DNA of 55,344 bases from Eledone cirrhosa. Lineage: Eukaryota. The stretch covers positions 1-55,344 of the forward strand of contig CAXHJY010000396.1 in the NCBI GenBank assembly GCA_964016885.1, written 5' to 3'. Positions 49,500-55,344 of the stretch are shown one piece after another; the first letter of the stretch is position 1, and every line of letters starts with the position of its first letter. Below the pieces are notes generated by a model. The model ran no database searches and had not been told where the DNA came from. It saw only the letters and a list, made by a program, of their open reading frames with translations. A program made the translations under genes and the position numbers.

Positions 49500-50020
49500 A
49501 CGAATTGCTGATCCCCCTCTCACACATGGGTGGCACAGACGTGTTTCTTTAGCCCTGCCAAAGACTTAAATTCCTTTCTGCATATGCTGCAATCATGAAC
49601 ATTACTTTCACTTCGGTTCCCCGTTTTGTTTTGGTGAATTTTCAAATGACATTGGAGTCCATTGGCCGAGGCACATTGTTTTCCACATTTCCGACAGGAA
49701 GAAATGCCAAACAGACCATAATCGACAACATTTTGTACATGGCTTCTATTGTGACTTCTAAGACCAGCTTTACTAAGGTAAATTCAGCCACAATCATTGC
49801 ACATAAAGTCATTTTAGGCGTCTGAAAATCCTGTAAAAGTAATATCGTATGGACACATACATACCTTAATTTTTCAAATTCCTGTTTTCCTCCAATATGA
49901 TCGACTGAGGCAATGTCTTCAAAGTTCTCTTCTCTTGTTTTGAACTTTAACAAAACTCTTTTGATGCTGTCTTTATACCTGAGTTTTGGTTTATGCCTTG
50001 GTCGTTTGCCTTTGACTGCA
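49500..50020 (-). pseudogene. Decayed RTE-like fragments
   Basis: KGKRPRHKPKLRYKDSIKRVL, an RTE C-terminal motif, in ORF 49642-50025. Confidence 0.55.
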
Positions 50021-50099
50021 TACATACATACTTACCTACCCACCCACCTACCTACCTACCTACCTACCTACATACATACATACATACATACATCATACA

Positions 50100-50515
50100 T
50101 ACATCATCATCATTCTGTGGCTTCAGCCGAAATTGACTTAACAACTGATCGCCACGTGGGGCTGTCGTTCATTGCCGTTGCCAAGTCCTGGATTTCAATA
50201 CCAGAATCTTTGGAGATGAATGACATCAGGTTAGGAGAGCTTGCGCCTCCTGTTATTAGTGACTGCTTGTGGTTTCCAAAGCACTAATGGGGACACAGCC
50301 TCATAGGTGGCACGATGGCAGTAGCCAGAAAATCTTACTCTCCTTTTACGTACAACGACAGATATGCGTGGGAGGCCGGCATATATTTCTCTCAAAGTCA
50401 AATGTCGCCAGCTTGTTCTGAATGCGTCGAAGCAAGCGAGTGTAAGTGCCATCAAGGCGCTTTTGTTTGGGGATGAAAGCGTCCATGTTTCACTTCCATA
50501 TAGCAAGATTCGTTC
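50100..50515 (-). pseudogene. Decayed 3' end of an RTE-like LINE related to the 4391-7535 element
   Basis: [10 protein letters not shown]...LPRISVVVRKRRVRFSGYCHR...LVLWKP; (GAT)n tail near 50103. Confidence 0.8.
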
Positions 50516-50574
50516 AATTGTTCATGCCTACATACATACGTACATGCCTATATACATGCCTACATACATACATA

Positions 50575-51190
50575 CATGGTGGCTGCCAACTCGTTTTCGA
50601 GTACGGCCACTACTTTATATCCATGTAGGAGAACCCCTACCGATGGGCTGAACGAGTGTGACTTTTTAGTCCAGCCAGCGACTTGAAAACTCTGGTACAA
50701 ACACTACACTTGTGACAATTATTGACACATAGTGCTGGGCCCATGGTACCATGTGACGACAAGTGCAGAGAGATCTCCAGATATAAAGCAATGCCTGTGC
50801 CGTGAAGCTTTTATAGTGAGCAAAGGCACTGCACAAAGCCAGTTCCACTCTCTTAACCAAGATGATATTTACCAAAAAGAAGAACAAGTCAACATCATTG
50901 GATACCATCAGGGTTGCAGGTGTTATATCAGAGTTTTCCTTCTCCTAGAATTCTGCCTTGACAACGGCTAAGGGGTCATCTCTCCCGGTGATTTTGGATG
51001 GCCATTGACTCTTAAGAGTTCCTTTGCCCTTTGGCAGGTTTTGTTTTTAGTTCTGCAGGATGTCCAAAGTCACCCTCCTCACCAAGAAACCTTGGTGGGG
51101 TTGCCAGTTTAGTCGCCAACGACCCGACCATGAGACAGGTTATACTGGGATACATGTTACCAGTAGCACCAACCGGTGACCTGACATATA
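50575..51190 (-). mobile_element. Non-coding retroposon with (TATG)n tail; longer copy of the 15889-16430 family
   Basis: Mirror ORF translations of 16009-16296; extends about 100 bp further 5'. Confidence 0.8.
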
Positions 51191-51923
51191 AAAAAAACGA
51201 ACGCAGGACAGCTTACCGACGACGGCTTCGGCGCCGCCACGCTACCGGAAAAGCACTAATCGACGCGCTATACATACATACATACATACATACATACATA
51301 CATACATACATACATACATACATACATACTCACTCAGGCAACGTGTTTGGTCCCAATCGAAAAATGAGTACTCAATACATTTATTAGTGATCAGCTGGAG
51401 ATTTATTTCCTTTTTACTCAGTTTCACAACTCATGCTACATATCAGTACGCGCGTGCGTGACTGTATATGTATATATATGTATATATATATATATATGTG
51501 TGCGTATGTATGAATGAATGAATGTACGTATATAGCGTCTTGAAATGAGTGTTTTTGTAATTATGCGAATTCGTAGCTGCCTTTCATAAGCTTAATTAAC
51601 TAACTACATATACAGTCGCTAAGCGTGGGGGGGGGGGGGGGGGATATGTGTGTGTGTGTGTGTGTGTATACACATATATACTTACACACACACACACACA
51701 CATATATATGTGTATATATTTATACATATATATATACATATACTTACACGCATATATATATATATGTATACATTTATACATACATATAAATGTGTGTGTA
51801 TATATATGTGTGTGTGTGTGTGAATACACATGTACTTACACACACATATATATGTATAAATGTATATTTATATGTGTATATATATATTTATACATATATA
51901 TGTGTGTGTATATATATATATAG

Positions 51924-51957
<34 letters not shown>

Positions 51958-52360
51958 ATACATATGCACACGCGTATTCCCATACACATACATAAAAGTG
52001 TTATATTTTAAACAGATGCTGAAAACATTAACTGACTTTAAAATCCAATAATAATAAAAATATAAATATCATAAATTAACCAACAAAAATGATGTATCCG
52101 AAAAGCAATACCAACGGACGTTTTTTTTGTTCTTTTTACTGTAATAATTAATTCCACCACCGCAAAACATCCCACTCCCTACATCACCAGTCCAGGGATA
52201 TATACTTTTCAATCGATAGATTTTGCTTCGTATTTTACATCTTTTTTTTGGGGGGGGGGGGGATTAAACTGATCTTTAGTCGTCTTTCTCAAAACCCCGG
52301 TCTCAAAGTTACACACCCCTACCTAATTGCGTCAATTAATTAATTTTATATATATATATA

Positions 52361-52398
52361 TTCTCGGTATGGTGAACTAACTGTTGTGTTACCACTTT
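52361..52398 (+). mobile_element. Solo fragment of the 19694-19910 HHR family
   Basis: ttctcggtatggtgaactaactgttgtgttac is identical to 19805-19836; preceded by (TA)n. Confidence 0.85.
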
Positions 52399-52474
52399 TC
52401 TCTCTCTCTCTCTCCCTCTCTCTCTCTCTCTGTATATATACGTATATATACACACACACACGCACGCACACACA

Positions 52475-52508
<34 letters not shown>

Positions 52509-52959
52509 TCAAACACTCCTATCTTTCTTAATTTAAGGTCATACAAGCCAACTGCGATGAGTTCGAAAGTTGGGAGTCATTTTCAAACAATTAAAAGAAC
52601 GTGATACTTCATAGCACTTCTATTACTTTATTTTCCTTTAGCCCACTTTTTTTTCATCCCCGCCTAGTTAGCTATGTATTTGGTAGGTGTAAATGGTAAA
52701 TTTCGAATTGCTCTTATCAGTCTGATACAGTCGCAATTAACGCACTAATTACAGGGCAGAAATTACGAAATTTATGTCGCTAATAATTGCGTTAGAAAAG
52801 GCTAGCCCACCACAACATATCGCTAACAAACCTAAGTTTAACTAGCCACATCCTAAAATTTGAGATATTACTGCTTTTTTAATTTTGCCAAATCAAAACC
52901 AGTTGGTTTCTGTTGATGTATGTTTAATCGTGCTCAGGTCCCGAAGCTTTTTATAGGCC

Positions 52960-53332
52960 CATTTCAGATGTAAAATGTAAGCCTATTCAAATTCGATAAT
53001 AGGTTCAGATTGATGTAAAATGTTAGCTCCCAAAACTGGTAATAAGCCCAGGTCAAAGCTGGTAATAAGCTGAGATCAGATGTAAAATATAGATCCCCAA
53101 AGTTGGTAATAGACCCAGAACAGATGTAAAATGTAGGCCCATAGACAACTGGTAATAGGCTCAATTCAAATGTAAAATGTAGAGTCATACAAAGCAGGTA
53201 GTAGACCCAGATCAGCAGTAAAGTGTTAGACCTCCAAAGCTGATAATCGACCCAGGTCAGATGTAAATTATAGGTCTATTACCAATTATCCAAAGTTGGT
53301 AATAGACCTAGGCCTGATGTAAAATATAGAAC
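52960..53332. repeat. Degenerate ~42-46-bp minisatellite
   Basis: Recurrent cagatgtaaaatgtag...ctggtaatagacccag. Confidence 0.75.
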
Positions 53333-54240
53333 TCATGACGAATTGATAATTAAGTATTTTAGTAACCAGTGCTAAATACATATGATTTATGTATGGGTCA
53401 TGGGTGTACATGTGTACATGTAGTGTACAGTATTTACATATGAGTAATGGAAGAAAAGACATAGAACTTGAGACGAATAGTCCCTTCTTTCCTCAAAATC
53501 ATAAGCCCATGCCAACTGAGCCCCTGGCCGTACACATAATCGCTCAAGATTATATGTAATTATATATATATATATATATATGAAAAGGGAAGTAAGGTTC
53601 TATGCAAAACAGTGGTTATAGAGAGAAGGTGAAATTGGAAATAGCACTGAAAATATATTTAAGGGTCTGTTTTTCTTTTTTCTTTTTTTTTTCCCCTTTC
53701 TTTGATTCGTCAAAGACGCCTTCTCATTTAATTCAAGGACCCAGCCTTGTCACACATTGTGTCACGCTGCACTTCCCTGAGAACTACATTACGAGTACGT
53801 GTCAGTGTAAGACTCAACTATTTATATGTTAATTTCACAAACTGACAACTCCGTTGACTAAATCAACTGGAGCACTCATCGTTAGAAACGATGGAGGTCC
53901 AACAACTCACATATGAGTGAGTTTGTGTTGGTGCGAAGAGGGCCAGGGAAGAAGTGTAGCAATAAATTGGTTGTTGGTTGTATGTATGAGTCCGTATTCG
54001 GGTGCTAAGTGGGGATACTGATGATTTCGAATGTTTAAGTGGAAGTGTGATGGTGTGGTGGATGCGGTGGAGTTGAATGAAAGGTTAAGGAAAGAAAGTG
54101 TCGGTCGGAGAAAAAGCTATTATTCATAGTCGAGTGTTGTTGTGACTACATACACACACGTGAATAAGCAAATAAAGAATTTTACAAAAATCTCATGTAT
54201 AAGGATTATACATAGATACCCACAGAAGCGTGTGTTAACT

Positions 54241-54347
<107 letters not shown>

Positions 54348-54378
54348 CAATAATCAAAGTTCAGTTTAAATCATTTAT

Positions 54379-54427
54379 TTGCTTACAATTGTTTCCTCCA
54401 AACCCAGGTTTGGATTCTTCGGAGCAA
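54379..54427 (-). ncRNA. Type I hammerhead ribozyme with U4-to-C core change
   Basis: UUGCU CCGAAGA A-UCCAAAC-CUGG-GUUUGGA-G GAAA CAAUUG UA AGCAA. Confidence 0.75.
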
Positions 54428-54585
54428 CAATTTAGTGATCTATAACATAAGATAGTAATTAACTATTTAGTGATCTATAACATAAGATAGTAATTAATGA
54501 CTATCTTTCACTATTTAGGGTTTGTACAAAAATATATAACCATAAAAGGTTTTATTACATACATAACCATAAATAGTATCCTTAA

Positions 54586-54637
<52 letters not shown>

Positions 54638-54641
<4 letters not shown>

Positions 54642-54885
54642 TTGTGAAGGAACAGGAGCTGTGTTGTTTCTGGATAAAGTGCATTTATAAATAAGAGGAA
54701 AGCACGAACAGGAGGGGGGCGGCTTCCCTTCATCAGTTGTCTTCTGGAGATCATGGACATTTCTACGCATTAAAGACAATATATATTGTCTTTAATGCGT
54801 AGAAATTTCCATGATCTCCAGAAGACAACTGATAAAGGGAAATTCCTCCTCTCCTGTTCGTGCTTTCCTCTTATTTATAAATATA
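54638..54885. mobile_element. Fold-back element (arms ~54683-54782 / 54783-54882, tail on left) in (TA)n
   Basis: Centre aaagacaatatatattgtcttt; mirror ORFs 54588-54779 and 54786-55025. Confidence 0.85.
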
Positions 54886-54943
54886 TATATATATATATAA
54901 ATAACAGGAGGCTGGACTGGTGTAATTCCTTGAAAGGTTTATT

Positions 54944-55001
54944 ACACTATGATCATTTCAATGGCCGGGTTCAGTACGAATCCGGTGACATCATCAGGTA
55001 T
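54944..55001 (-). ncRNA. Type I hammerhead ribozyme (left arm)
   Basis: Mirror of 55018-55074; stem I change is G-U compatible. Confidence 0.8.
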
Positions 55002-55017
55002 TCAAAATATAATTTGA

Positions 55018-55074
55018 ATACCTGATGATGTCACCGGATTCATACTGAACCGGTCATTGAAATGATCATAGTAT
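55018..55074 (+). ncRNA. Type I hammerhead ribozyme (right arm)
   Basis: atac CTGATGA tgtc-accgg-a-ttca-tac-tgaa-ccggt-catt GAAA tgatca TA gtat; palindromic stem III AUGAUCAU. Confidence 0.85.
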
Positions 55075-55263
55075 AATAAACCTTTCAAGGAATATTACAA
55101 CCACCAGCCTCCTGTTATTTTATAATAATTAACTCCGTACTCGCACCACCAACTACACAAACCAAGACGGGTGAGTTGCATTACGTTGAGTGCTCTCCAT
55201 AATATTACATCGAAGTTGACCATACGGAATGACCAGTTCTATCCAGTGGTAAACCAACAAACC

Positions 55264-55306
<43 letters not shown>

Positions 55307-55344
55307 ATAGAGGTGTAACACACGAGTTGTGATATATTAGTAGT

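Larger units (their letters stand above)
54899..55269. mobile_element. Fold-back HHR element (arms ~54899-55006 / 55013-55120, ~150-bp tail on right) in (TA)n
   Basis: Centre ggtattcaaaatataatttgaatacc; tail homologous to 14045-14250. Confidence 0.88.

Noticed and set aside
51100-51185. HDV-like ribozyme at the 5' end of the retroposon (minus: ccagt...gtcg-ttgg-cgac-taa-actgg)
   Set aside because: P2/P4-like pieces are present but I could not build P1 and P3 convincingly; needs a descriptor search
53990-54050. CTGATGA at ~54018
   Set aside because: No correctly placed GAAA or stems; chance 7-mer
54700-54850. Hammerhead in the 54683-54882 palindrome (ctgatga agg gaag / ctgataa agg gaaa)
   Set aside because: No stem II or stem I/III arrangement could be formed

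Overview
Eukaryotic, repeat-saturated non-coding DNA, very probably from an octopod cephalopod (inferred from abundant tRNA-derived SINEs resembling Octopus families and huge (TA)n tracts). No host protein-coding gene can be supported; the long YI/IY ORFs are microsatellite artefacts. Contents: a near-intact, (TA)n-embedded RTE-clade LINE (4391-7535, minus; APE+RT, two 1-bp frameshifts) with two 3'-end fragments; decayed RTE and R4/Dong-like RT fragments; a non-autonomous Helitron; hAT/mariner-like MITEs; many SINEs; a U2 snRNA 5' fragment; and an 8.4-kb 17-bp satellite. The most interesting signal is a set of at least seven sequence-unrelated short elements, mostly inserted in (TA)n and often arranged as fold-back palindromes with one longer 'tail' arm, each carrying a type I hammerhead ribozyme (HHR) fold (Penelope-like/retrozyme architecture). 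They include a 466-bp tandem array with one HHR and one octamer motif per unit (candidate non-LTR retrozyme making a circular RNA) and a 2.3-kb palindrome whose HHR has the rare U3-A8 core. Solo copies begin close to the predicted cleavage sites. All folds were read by eye and are untested.
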